A model generated the notes under the pieces. That model had not been told where the DNA came from. It made no database searches and saw only the letters and a program-made list of their open reading frames with translations. A stretch of DNA of 53,159 nucleotides, counting the filler, from Mitosporidium daphniae (Eukaryota), in assembly GCF_000760515.2 (NCBI RefSeq). It is 3 parts of 3 records of this genome, joined end to end, with 100 filler letters (N's around TTAATTAATTAA, not from the genome) between each part and the next. Parts side by side here need not be neighbours in the genome. Positions count along the whole stretch, not along the records: positions 1 to 17,928 come from NW_013546124.1; 2 more parts are not named here. The stretch is one strand, 5' to 3'. The position numbers were made by a program, and so were the translations under genes. Each line of letters begins with the position of its first letter. The stretch's first letter is position 1. This document shows, piece by piece, positions 1 to 10,215 of this stretch.

Positions 1-40
1 ATGCAGGAGGCTGCGAACTTGAAAGAGATCCTAATGACAT
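1..40 (-). CDS. Possible 5' end of a gene divergent from DBP10, running off the window (MSLGSLSSSQPPA...)
   Basis: ATG at 40-38 after A-rich context, open to window edge; no homology visible. Confidence 0.25.
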   Translation of the reverse strand, partial: MSLGSLSSSQPPA

Positions 41-182
41 TCTTGTTTTTCAAAAAGGGGTTCTAAATTTTAATCAAGTTAACTTCGGCAGTTTGATTGG
101 TTCGTCCGTCAAACTTCTCTTCCACTCTCAGAGTCAAATAAATTTTAATAAAATAATTTAGTTTAATAAAAAATTTCAAACT

Positions 183-2500
183 ATGGCTTCCAAAACCGGC
201 CCCAATCAGTATGCTCCCGGATTTTCACCATTATCCATTCCATTTCCGTTGTTGAAGGGCATCCATTTTATGGGATATAACCAGCCTACTCCAATCCAAA
301 AAAAATGCATCCCAATTTTGAACTCCGGAAGGGATGTTGTAGCAATGGCACGAACCGGCTGCGGGAAAACCGCTGCATTTGTGATACCTCTTTTAATGAA
401 ACTAAACTGTACCCATTCTGCAAGGGTTGGCGTGAGGGGACTTATTATTGCGCCCACCAGAGAGCTTGCATCTCAAATTCATGTATTTATAGAGTCTCTT
501 TGCAGGAAAGCGCATCTTTCTCTCCGTTCGGCCTGTGTTTTGGGAGGTGATTCCATTTCAGAGCAATTTTCAATGTTGATGTCAAATCCAGACATCCTTA
601 TCGGAACACCAGGCCGCTTACTTCACCTTTTGGCAGAAGTATCTCAATCATCGAAAGATGGTTCAATGGCAGATAATTTTTTCAATGCTATTCAGTTAGT
701 GATTTTAGATGAGGCGGATCGATTGTTCGAAGATGCCACATCTTTGGCTCAAATTTCTTTGCTATTTTCTAGAATTCCGGCATCAAGACAAGTTGCTTTG
801 TTTTCAGCCACAATGCCCTCCCAATTGCTTGGCTTTTCAAAAACTGGTCTTAAAGATGCCTCCCTGGTTCGGTTGGATACCGAAGCCCGGCTATCAGATG
901 ATTTGAAGGTATGCGGCAGCATTTTGTAGCTGACAAATAGAGTTATTATTTTGACGTTCAAGTTGCCGAAAAGCCGGCTTTGCTGCTGGCATTGCTTGAG
1001 AAGAGGGACTCGTCGCTTTTTGATTTGTATAACCCATCGGAGCCTGGTGGACTCATATTTGTTTCCACTCGTCAGATTGCAACCCTACTTTCTGGTATCC
1101 TTTCAGAGGCTGGCATCAAACATGGCGTCCTTTTTGGACAAATGGATGCTGAGGCTCGTAAAATCATTGTTGAGTCTTTTCGTGCCAATCAAATCCCTTT
1201 TTTAATTGTAACAGACGTCGCTTCCAGAGGAATTGATATCCCCTCACTTCAATTTGTCATTAACTACGACTTTCCCGCAACGGCCAAGCTTTTTATTCAT
1301 CGCACAGGAAGAGTTGCTAGGGCTGGGCGCTCTGGAACGGCAATTTCCTTTGTGACAATTGATGAGAGACCATATCTGATGGACCTTGAAGCTTTTCTTG
1401 GAATCTCCAAGCTCCAATTAATGCGGCTCGTTCCTTTTGGTGATTCCGAAACTGAAGATATTAAGGCAAGGGTTAATGACTATATCGCCTCGAATGCAGA
1501 TTTGGAACCATTGCCGCGGGTTGCGGAGCAGTCTCTTCTCAAATACCAACGTACCAGGCCAAAGGCATCGCCTGCCTCTTATACAAGGGCAAAGGCGATT
1601 CCTAGCCGTGAGCTACTCCCCGTGTATTCTGGGTATTCCCAGTTAAAATCGGAAGGAAATTCTTTCCTGGCCCAGCTTGCTGCCTTTCGGCCGTCTGAAA
1701 CCGTTTTTGAAGCCATGCGCAAGGGATCAAAAGGCCAACGTTCTTTAATTAATGCGCCGGAGCTATCTAGCATTGTTGCGCTTAGAAATAAGAAAAAGAA
1801 CGCCAAAGCTATCACCGCCTTGGTAGAGGAAAAAGACACTGCCAGTGTTGATGAGAATTGCAGTAAAAGTTCTTTATTTGCTTCAAACTGTTTAGACCTT
1901 TCTTTCAAAGATGAAAAATCCTTCGTTAACTATGCCAAAAAGGGAGCGGAATATGAAAGAGGGTAAGCCCAAATGATATTTTTATCCCATAGACTTGATG
2001 TTTCTACCTTTTCATTGCCTGAGGATGAACAGACAGGTTCTGTCCGGTCTGTGTCCGGAAAAAAGCGCCTTATTCGGAAATGGGACGCCAAGAAGAAAAA
2101 GTACATCCAAAGAGAGGCTGCAGAGTCTCCTGAAACGATCCTTGAAAAGTCTCTTTTTGGTGGACGCTCAACAGCCAAAAAAGGATCATCAAAGCAAAGG
2201 ATTATCGGCGATGTATATCGAAGCTGGAAGAAAGTTACACATCAAGAACTGCCCAGGGTTGGCTCCATTGAGACACAGAATTCTACCAAACGTATTGAAA
2301 GGTTTCCTGATTTTCGGGGGAGAAAGGGTGGTGCCAAAGGGTCGAGATATTCCAAGGCACCTGTGAAGAAGTCTGCAGTAAAAAGTGAGCTGAGGAACCC
2401 AGATCAAATTATCAAGGCACGAGTCAAGAAGGCAGGCATCGCAGACAGATTAGCAGCCAAGAAGGAAAAGGGCAAGGCAAGGCCTCCCCATGCTCGCTAG
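183..2500 (+). CDS. DBP10: DEAD-box RNA helicase Dbp10/DDX54 (60S biogenesis); exons 183-908, 941-1962, 1993-2500
   Basis: DVVAMARTGCGKTAAF, PTRELA, DEAD, SAT, HRTGRVAR motifs and C-terminal KWDAKKKKY; GT-AG introns 909-940 and 1963-1992 join the three ORFs in frame. Confidence 0.93.
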
Positions 2501-2804
2501 CGATACCTCTATTTATTTAATATAAACTGACGATACTTTATTTGTTAAATGTAGACTGACACGCCCAACATATTTCCTTGCAGTGGATATTCCATTTGAG
2601 ACCAAATGTTTGTTGTCTATATTTTTATGTGTGCACATGGACACAAATGCATCTGCTTTCGATTGGCCACATCATTTGGCGTTAAGAATTGATAGCACAT
2701 GGTTCGCTTTTTCGTTGCAAGGTTTATGGTGTCAATTGGAAATAGTTTATTACGCGGTTGAAATTATAAATAAAGAAATAAAGTGGCATATCGACAAATT
2801 TAAC

Positions 2805-4181
2805 TCAGCTTTGGCTATGTTTGTGGTTGTAGTTTGGAAATATGGGATCAACAGACCCAAGCGGAGATACACGCCAGCCACGGATCCAGTCAATTTCATC
2901 TTCCTGCTTTTCACCGATGCCATCATTAATGGATGGAGGAACTTTGAATGCTTTGGGCAAAGATTCAAAACTCTCGTTGGAAAAGGCCCCGTCCAAGTGC
3001 AAAGTCTTATCGACAAGTGCAAGTAAAAGCGGGTGGAGTAAGTTGAAAAACTTTTCCCTGATAAGCTTGAGAAATGAAATGGAGAAAAATGAGTATTCTG
3101 TTGGAATGTGGTTGAAAAGGATCTCACATATTCTGTTTATGATCTGGACCTGAACAGATAAAGCTGAATGACCATGCAACCAAATCGAAAATAGCCTCTC
3201 TAAAAGGAGATGCGTTGAAGGAAGGTAAATTAGACTGCCAACAACAAGCTCGATAAACAGAGGGCAATTTAGAACGATCGGCGATAATAAATGGCTCCAT
3301 ACAATGGACTCGTAGTTAAATACAGAAGGATCCTGAAATTGCACAATGACGAACGATAAAATGTGCCGTTGAAGAGATAAGGAAAACACTGCCGCTTCAT
3401 ATTCTGCATAGAAATCGGAAACAGCCTTTGAAATGGGTCTGGGAATTGCCTCCATATTCAAGTATGACTTTTTTGGGTCCGAATATGGAAGCGTTTTAAT
3501 AAACAATTCTTGGTACTTGAGAAGAGAAATCCGAACCATATCCTCAGCGCAGTCGTCAATATTGGATGCAGATGTGTATGAGTAAAGCATTTTCATGCCG
3601 TCCCAATAAGTTCGCTTTAGCCAGGAAAGGGCTAGAACAGACAATTCACGAAGATAGTCCAGAGGTGGAATTCTATCGTGGGTTGCCTCATGTCTCGCAT
3701 CGACAAAGAAACGAGGAAGATCTTGTAGCTCAGCCAGTTTGCTTACCGACTGCGCATACATTTTTTGCTGCTGGGCATCTACTATTCCATTGACAAACCT
3801 ATAATTGATCGGTGAGAGAGACTACCTAATAATAGTGGCTGCATATGATAAACTCATGGCACAGGGTGCATTCGTAAATAGAGGCTGTTCAGACGGTTCC
3901 GGGAAATCAAAAAGTTCCTCCAGGCCTAATGGTACATTTCCTGATGACATATTTGATATTGAATTGCCGTAAAACATATTAAGGTCAAGAAGAATCACGT
4001 TAACAATGTTGAGCGTTGATTCAATAGCAAGGGGAACTTCGCCTCGATGCGACCATGAAGTAAGGATGGAAGAAGCGGATGCAAATCTTTCGCTTACCGA
4101 ACCTGATTTATCAAACAATAAAGAAAAAACGGCCAATAATTCAGATCCATTTACCCATGGAACCAAAGAAGGGCCCTTCAT
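2805..4181 (-). CDS. LAS1: Las1 pre-rRNA ITS2 endoribonuclease (HEPN); exons 4181-3826, 3798-2805
   Basis: N-terminal VPW..SEL..V; removing the 27-nt intron 3825-3799 gives IIRFVNGIVDAQQ..AQSV..LA, followed by the HEPN motif RHEATH and WLKRTYW. Confidence 0.88.
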
Positions 4182-4342
4182 AAAAAAATTAAAGTTCACT
4201 CAAAAAATTAATTTGATCGCCAAAAGGCGGTCAGATCGAAGCCAAGACAAAATCCAATTAATTAATTTATTTATTTGGTCTGCTTGGGTGGCATAAAGAA
4301 GGTTTAAAATTTTTATGGCCATTAGCCCATAGCTTTTGAAAG

Positions 4343-4855
4343 CTACTTGCTAAAAATGATATTTTTCATGCTCATTTTGCCATGTAACATGGAAAAGAAA
4401 TGTAGATGCTTCACAGAGTCGAAAAAGCTATCAAAAACATCAAAAAACTTGGGTATTTCTATGATTTTGCGATCGGTCTTGAAACGTAAATAGAACGAGC
4501 CTACAAGATCAGAAAACTCGGATAAAAAGCCCATTGTTTCAATGCTATCTGGCCCTACATCGATAAGGACACCTTTTGGATAGATAAAATCTTTGGTTTG
4601 ATCCGGACTAAAATAGCGCAAAATGCGGATTTTTTCGTAAGAATAGTACGCGGCATCAGGACGGCTTGTGCTCAATAAAAGATCTACTGATTTGTTTAGG
4701 GAGCACTGAAAGTGTTCATTTGTCAAAATATCAACTACCATATGGCGATAGATGTCTTCAAAATCAAGAATAGTATACGATTTTATATGCTTAATAGTGA
4801 CGCCTTGATTTTGAAGTGCAGTGGGTGCCACAATATGAAAATTCCAAGCTTTCAA
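4343..4855 (-). CDS. Hypothetical protein or remnant of a degenerate gene
   Basis: 170-codon open frame with no recognisable motif; upstream ORFs 4871-5098 and 5474-5794 are in the same frame but separated by stops. Confidence 0.3.
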   Translation of the reverse strand: MKAWNFHIVAPTALQNQGVTIKHIKSYTILDFEDIYRHMVVDILTNEHFQCSLNKSVDLLLSTSRPDAAYYSYEKIRILRYFSPDQTKDFIYPKGVLIDVGPDSIETMGFLSEFSDLVGSFYLRFKTDRKIIEIPKFFDVFDSFFDSVKHLHFFSMLHGKMSMKNIIFSK

Positions 4856-6028
4856 GTATCGTGGTAGATGTTACAGCTTTATACAAACGTTTTTAGAGGA
4901 TACGATTTTTCTTATGCATGGTTGGTTGAGAAATCTGCACACTAGCATGTGGTGTTTTACAAAATGCTCCAAATCCCTCGATAACTTTAAATCAAAAGAA
5001 GCTTGATCTCCGAGACGCCAAAACAAGGATTTTACACCACTAAAATCTTGGTCCTCCGAAAAGAGTTTAGCAATAAAGAAAACACGAAGGAACACCACGA
5101 TATCTTTATTGCAATGAAAGTATCTGGTTCACTGTGTCAAGTTTTTAAAATCGTTAAATGCCAATTCTTCGGTAAAAAATCCGTCTGGCGCAGGAAGATA
5201 AAAAAGGCCTCAAAGCCAATGGAATAAGAACCCTCTCTGGTAAGTAGCCAAAATAAAAATAAGTCGCAAGTAACATTTTGGGTTATAGTTTGGCGATTTG
5301 TTACCCTATATAGAGGGTGTTTTCCAAGGATGCTTGGGTTCTCAAGTTGATCGCAAAGAAAAGCAAATATGGCAGCACAAAAAAGAGCCAGTAAACCAAG
5401 TGAAACAAATATGCGCGCAGAAAAGTACTCGCAACAATTATAAAAGAATTGAGAAACATGTAAATCAAAGAATTCAGCCAAGATTTGGAAAAAACCCTGC
5501 AATCCCAAGGCTTGTGACCATGTATATGGGAATGGATACTGCTTCTAGAATGGTATCATAATGGGAAGAAGGTTTGATGGGTGTTCTGGAGGAGGTTTCT
5601 GATGCTTCTGGTAATACAAGATTTTGCAAAAAAAGGCCACAACAACTTGTAATGCAGGAAATATACCAAACGTGGTTTTCGTTAAATGGAAGTGAAAGTT
5701 CACATGGGTAAAAGGTTGAAGGCTCGTCTTCATTCCAGATGAAATGATACCCATTTTGAGAGTATTTGCCATTTACTAGAGCCATATGTGGCACATCTTC
5801 TTGGTATCAGAATCGTATTTCTATAATTTTGAAAATTCCAAAAGCCATTTGAAAGGCCACTTTCCTGAATTGGATTGGGATTTAGGCCCAATTGCTCCCA
5901 AAATTCTATTTGACGCTAGTGATGCAGATATTTTCGCCCCTCATTGAATCACAAACTCGGTCGCTACTTTCATCGGATCTGAACAATTGGAATGCATGGT
6001 GATAATTTGAGCTCGAGTTTGGGTGCAA

Positions 6029-6712
6029 TCATCTGCCCTTCAATTTGTTCGATAAAAACGTAAATTTATCGGCTGCAGACGAATCGCGACAAGCCCTGCC
6101 TCCCAAATGAAAGACATATTTAGCACGTAAAAGTAGGATATCTCTTTGCCTTTCGAGGCCAGGAAATAGCGCAATTTTGCTTCCATAAGCGGGTGCGCTG
6201 TTTCTAAAAATCCCATCTAGATCTACACACTCGATCACATTTTCACCATCGGAAGCAGAAATCCTAAGTACCCTGTGGATATTTTTGACCAATAAAGCAC
6301 CATTTAGTGGTAGCCTTTCGGTCCTTTTGTAGCTTGAAGCTTCGGAGTCAAGTGCATGGTCTTCATCTTGTACAATGATTCGGTTTTGTGGCATGTGTCC
6401 CTCTTGGTTTGCAGTTAGCTCTTCCATTTGAGAATATAAAGATTCCGAAATGTTTATACAATCTCCAACTTGAGCAATCACAAAAGTGTCTAAAATCGAA
6501 TCCTTTGTAAAAGAAAATCTATTCAGTGAAATGGGACCAAGATGGTTGCAGAATATTAATTGGGCTAGCATAAACTTATCCTCATCTGAACACCTGGAAG
6601 CATCAAACTCAAAATGGTATTCAACATGCCTGGTTTTATCACACATTGCCCTGCACATCTGAATCCAATCTGGGATAGCCCAGGCACCCCAATTGGTGAT
6701 TTGTTGAAGCAT
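6029..6712 (-). CDS. RMI1: RecQ-mediated genome instability protein 1 (Rmi1 N-terminal OB-fold), ~227 aa
   Basis: ISESLYSQ...RVLRISASDG..VIECVD...GSKIAL....RDILLLR..YVFHLGG matches the RMI1_N pattern; ATG at 6712 after AT-rich tract. Confidence 0.75.
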   Translation of the reverse strand: MLQQITNWGAWAIPDWIQMCRAMCDKTRHVEYHFEFDASRCSDEDKFMLAQLIFCNHLGPISLNRFSFTKDSILDTFVIAQVGDCINISESLYSQMEELTANQEGHMPQNRIIVQDEDHALDSEASSYKRTERLPLNGALLVKNIHRVLRISASDGENVIECVDLDGIFRNSAPAYGSKIALFPGLERQRDILLLRAKYVFHLGGRACRDSSAADKFTFLSNKLKGR

Positions 6713-6789
6713 AAAATTAAATAAAAATAAATTTTGTTGAGCTTTTAATTGAAAAACGAGACATTTGGATTGATTTGTATGCGCACCGT

Positions 6790-6999
6790 TCAGGTAATAA
6801 ATGTGTGTAGCAGAGGTTCGGTATTGTTTGCTTGAGCACCGCTCAAAAAGACACACCGGCTACTTTTCAAAGTTTTATTTGATGGGCCAGTAGCAATATC
6901 CAATCGCTTAAGCTGTTTTGTGAAAAAGCCATTAGTGCGCATCGGTAGTGAGAAAATCACATATGCAAACGCATAAGCCAGGATTAGCAAGGCAGACAT
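6790..6999 (-). CDS. Possible small protein with hydrophobic N-terminus (69 aa)
   Basis: ATG-initiated ORF MSALLILAYAFAYVIFSLP... filling an otherwise large gap between 6PGL and RMI1. Confidence 0.25.
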   Translation of the reverse strand: MSALLILAYAFAYVIFSLPMRTNGFFTKQLKRLDIATGPSNKTLKSSRCVFLSGAQANNTEPLLHTFIT

Positions 7000-7075
7000 A
7001 TTTCTGTTGAAAAGAAATGCAATAATGGCGAAAAGCCTTGTGTCTGGTGTGCCGTATCAAAAACGGATATCCCAA

Positions 7076-7837
7076 TCAAGAGGAATGAATGAATTTAGAG
7101 AATTTAGAATCCAAAATCCAGAGTGTTTTTTTCCCCAAAGCAGATCGTTGCTGCGTGACTCTAATGGCCGGAAATGGAGCTGGTATTCCGCTTATAGGAT
7201 CGGATAACAGCTTTTCCAACTGACAAACAAATGCTTCTTTTTCGGTAGAATGGGGAACAATAAATATTACATATTCAGCACTTGCAATCGCTGAAATGGA
7301 TAAAGAAATTCGGTTGGGCGGTGGCTTTGGAGAATTAAAGACAGGGATAAATGCGCAGGGCGAAAATTGACCCATATCAGAGGCCTCTGGAAAGAGCGAT
7401 GCGCAATGCCCATCGGGACCTACTCCAAGAAATATGAAATCAAACGAATTATTTCCCAACTGTTCACAAACCAGATGGTCATAAGCTTGCGCAATTATGG
7501 AGATATCTTTCAAGGCAGGCGACGACTGGGGAACTTGGATGATTGCAATTGAGCTGGGGAACAGCTTTTTTGCTTGTAAGCCATTAATTTGACCAGCACA
7601 CTCATCAAAAGGTATGGCGATTCGCTCATCAGCCATCGCAACAGATAACAGGGTCTTTTCGTTAGATGAGCCTGGCAGACTTTGGAAAAATTCTGCCAAG
7701 ATTGGAAGGATCGATCCTCCAGAAACTGCGATTTTTAAGCTCTTCATTCTTGCCGCGTCGAACAGCGGCCCTACTGCCGAGATAAAGGCCTGGCGCTCCA
7801 ATAGCGATATAACAGCAATTTTGGTGGACGGAAGCAT
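7076..7837 (-). CDS. 6-phosphogluconolactonase (Sol/PGLS family)
   Basis: IAVSGGS, ADER, FDFIFLGVGPDGHCASLFP and SPKPPPNRISLS motifs. Confidence 0.92.
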   Translation of the reverse strand: MLPSTKIAVISLLERQAFISAVGPLFDAARMKSLKIAVSGGSILPILAEFFQSLPGSSNEKTLLSVAMADERIAIPFDECAGQINGLQAKKLFPSSIAIIQVPQSSPALKDISIIAQAYDHLVCEQLGNNSFDFIFLGVGPDGHCASLFPEASDMGQFSPCAFIPVFNSPKPPPNRISLSISAIASAEYVIFIVPHSTEKEAFVCQLEKLLSDPISGIPAPFPAIRVTQQRSALGKKTLWILDSKFSKFIHSS

Positions 7838-7969
7838 AAATTTGGGGCAGTGGAAAATTTGGGGTTTTTAAAAATGCACTTAATGGCATCAACGATCTTA
7901 TCAGCCCCGTTTCTATGACTCCTGCCACTTTTGGGCATTATTTAGCGCCTCTGTTTTCTATTTCCCACA

Positions 7970-8397
7970 ATGGATATTGCTATTAAAAGGCTCCTTCTTC
8001 TATTTTGTATTGTATACTTTTTCCAAGGTCTAGCATGTGCTCAATATATTAGCGTCTTTGACGTCCCCATAGTGCAGGAGACATGCATGAGGTAAATTTT
8101 GGCTTTCTCATTTGAAGTGCCCACATTTCATTTACCGTTAATGAAGCTTTCGTAAAACGAGTCGTAGTCTATCTGCAAGATACAACCGGTAAAACTTGGA
8201 TTCTTGCGAAGCGCAATGTTTCCCATTCGAATATTCGCGTAAAAATTCCTGATGTGCCCACTGGAATTTATCAATATGTTGTTGCTGGCCTCAATACAGC
8301 GGATAAAAATCTTCTTTATGGCATGTCCAATATTTTTGGGATAACAAACAACGGCTTATGTTCAGATTCGTCTTCATCGCCGTCGAGCTCGTGTTAA
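7970..8397 (+). CDS. Small secreted Kre9/Knh1-like (Ser-Thr-rich GPI family N-terminal) Ig-fold protein A, 133 aa; exons 7970-8091, 8118-8397
   Basis: Not in the ORF track; splicing the 26-nt intron 8092-8117 gives MDIAIKRLLLLFCIVYFFQGLACA-QYISVFDVPIVQETCMSAHISF...VKIPDVPTGIYQYVVAG...YGMSNIFGI...SSSC*. Confidence 0.75.
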
Positions 8398-8440
8398 TAG
8401 AGCGGGCCAAGTTTTGTTGAAATAAATTTGTGGTATTTGC

Positions 8441-8485
8441 ATTTGCATGATTTTGATTTACATGGTTTTGATTTGCATTGTCATG
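8441..8485. repeat. Three degenerate 15-bp tandem units (ATTTGCATGATTTTG-like) between secreted genes A and B
   Basis: atttgcatgattttg / atttacatggttttg / atttgcattgtcatg read directly. Confidence 0.6.
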
Positions 8486-8581
8486 GGGTTGAGTGGTAAA
8501 ATTTATGTAATACCCTTGGCCACGTAATAAAGCTGGTTGGCTCCGATCATGGTTGCCAAGGAATAATAATGTTTACATGCC

Positions 8582-8588
8582 TATAAAA
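8582..8588 (+). promoter_or_regulatory. Candidate TATA box for secreted gene B
   Basis: TATAAAA about 35 nt upstream of ATG 8621. Confidence 0.4.
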
Positions 8589-8620
8589 TACCCATTCTGG
8601 GACACAACAACCATACTTTA

Positions 8621-9027
8621 ATGCGTAGCTTTCTTTCTATTCCCGTTGTTCTGGTGCTTCTGTTGACAATAATCTCGGGCGTGCTATCGCAAAGCCTGAA
8701 AATTATCTCGCCCACCACGGGCGACAAAATAAGAACTTTCCAGGGGTAAATTATCCATTAAATACATTTAGATTTGTGATTACTTATACATCCCCATCTC
8801 CCTTTGAAATGCCAAAAATTAGCGCCTTCATTACATCCAAAAAGCGAACAAAAAACCTTGGCGAATTTCCAAATGTTGGGATTTTCCCCGTATACTTGAC
8901 GGGATTGGCTCCAGGAACGTATCAAATTGTTATTCAAGGCACCACAGATTTGGGAAAGGTTTGGTCCAACTCCGGACCTCTCTTTCTGTCAAAAGGCTGT
9001 TCCAGACCGCGCTGTAGGAATAAATAA
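8621..9027 (+). CDS. Small secreted Kre9/Knh1-like Ig-fold protein B, 126 aa; exons 8621-8745, 8772-9027
   Basis: Signal peptide MRSFLSIPVVLVLLLTIISGVLS, then IISPTTGDKI..GFVITY...LAPGTYQIVI...NSGPLFL; 26-nt intron 8746-8771 joins ORF 8776-9027. Confidence 0.8.
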
Positions 9028-9360
9028 ATAGATCAGCCATTATCATGATATTACCCACGTAGCATTAGATTAGGCCTTAAATTATAAGAACCTCACACAA
9101 CTTTTGCAATCTTTGATGGTTACTACAATTGGTTATCTCTCCTCGCTTCATCATGATCTATGCCACTTTAATAGCTAGTATTCGTAATCCGAAATTAGAC
9201 TCCCCCCCCCTCACCGGCTGTAATTATAGTTGATCAGTGTATCTGCTGTAAAAACAGCCCTAGTATATTCGCGTTAAATTGGTGCACAATAGGCCGTTTA
9301 AGGCATTGAAATCTGCATCATATTGTATTGCGTGGAAAATATTTCTATTGTACACAATTG

Positions 9361-9971
9361 TTAATACCACATTTCAAAGCAAAAAACCACCGAAAGTATT
9401 AGGGCGGATAGAGACATCAAGGCCTACATGTAAATGGATTTGTGCTACCTTGCTAACCGACAAAGATCCGTTTTGAGATTCTTCAAACGTATCCCCTGAG
9501 ACTGCCACTGTTTCGTTGGATTCCTTATTTTTCTTGGGATATTCTAAAACGAAAACTGGCGCTGAAGGGTTCGCTGCATAACCGACTTGCTCAATCAGAA
9601 AATTCCCCGATTCAACTGGGAAAGCCGGGTTTTTGCCATCTTTTTGGCTGAGCACAAATGTGTAGGATCCATCTTTTAAGTCTCCTGGCACATATATGCT
9701 ATGATATCCAGAGGCAATATCAACTTCGCCAAGATCGGCAACCCCTCCATCACAGGCCTTGATGAGCAGATGGACCGGTGTATCTGGAGTTTCACCCTCA
9801 AATCCAGTCCAACATACCGATTGGCTAAAGATTTAACGTTCATCGCATATCTTACACTGTATTTCCGAACCACTTGGCTGAACCCAGCGGTGTTGTAAAT
9901 CTAGCCCCACAAAAAACTCCCTGCACAAACACGACAATTAAAGACACAGAAACAAGAGGATGCATGTGCAT
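9361..9971 (-). CDS. Kre9/Knh1-like Ig-fold protein C, predicted GPI-anchored, 184 aa; exons 9971-9856, 9824-9449, 9423-9361
   Basis: Signal peptide MHMHPLVSVSLIVVFVQGVFC, FTTPLGSAKWFGNTVQSVCW...VDIASGYHSIYVPGDLKDGSYTFVL...ESGNFLI; removing the 25-nt intron 9448-9424 yields hydrophobic tail ALMSLSALILSVVFCFEMWY*. Confidence 0.8.
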
Positions 9972-10215
9972 ATGGTAAGAAAATTCGGGTTTCTGAGTTA
10001 TTTATCAAACCATCAAATGAGTATCCATGTTAATTGCGCCCTAGTTACATCAATTAGTAACGACCAATCCCAAAATTTGATGTCCGTACAAAATTAGGGT
10101 ACGCGTTCAATTGAAACTGTAATCTAAAATTTAATTTTAAAATGAACTAGTAAATTTACTGGAAAGGGGAGGGGGTTATGATGTGTTAGTTGATTTTAGT
10201 ATTTGTTTTACAGAA

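Noticed and set aside
2583..3127. ORFs 2583-3026 (+) and 2750-3127 (-) as separate genes
   Set aside because: They largely overlap LAS1 in antisense or alternative frames and have no motifs
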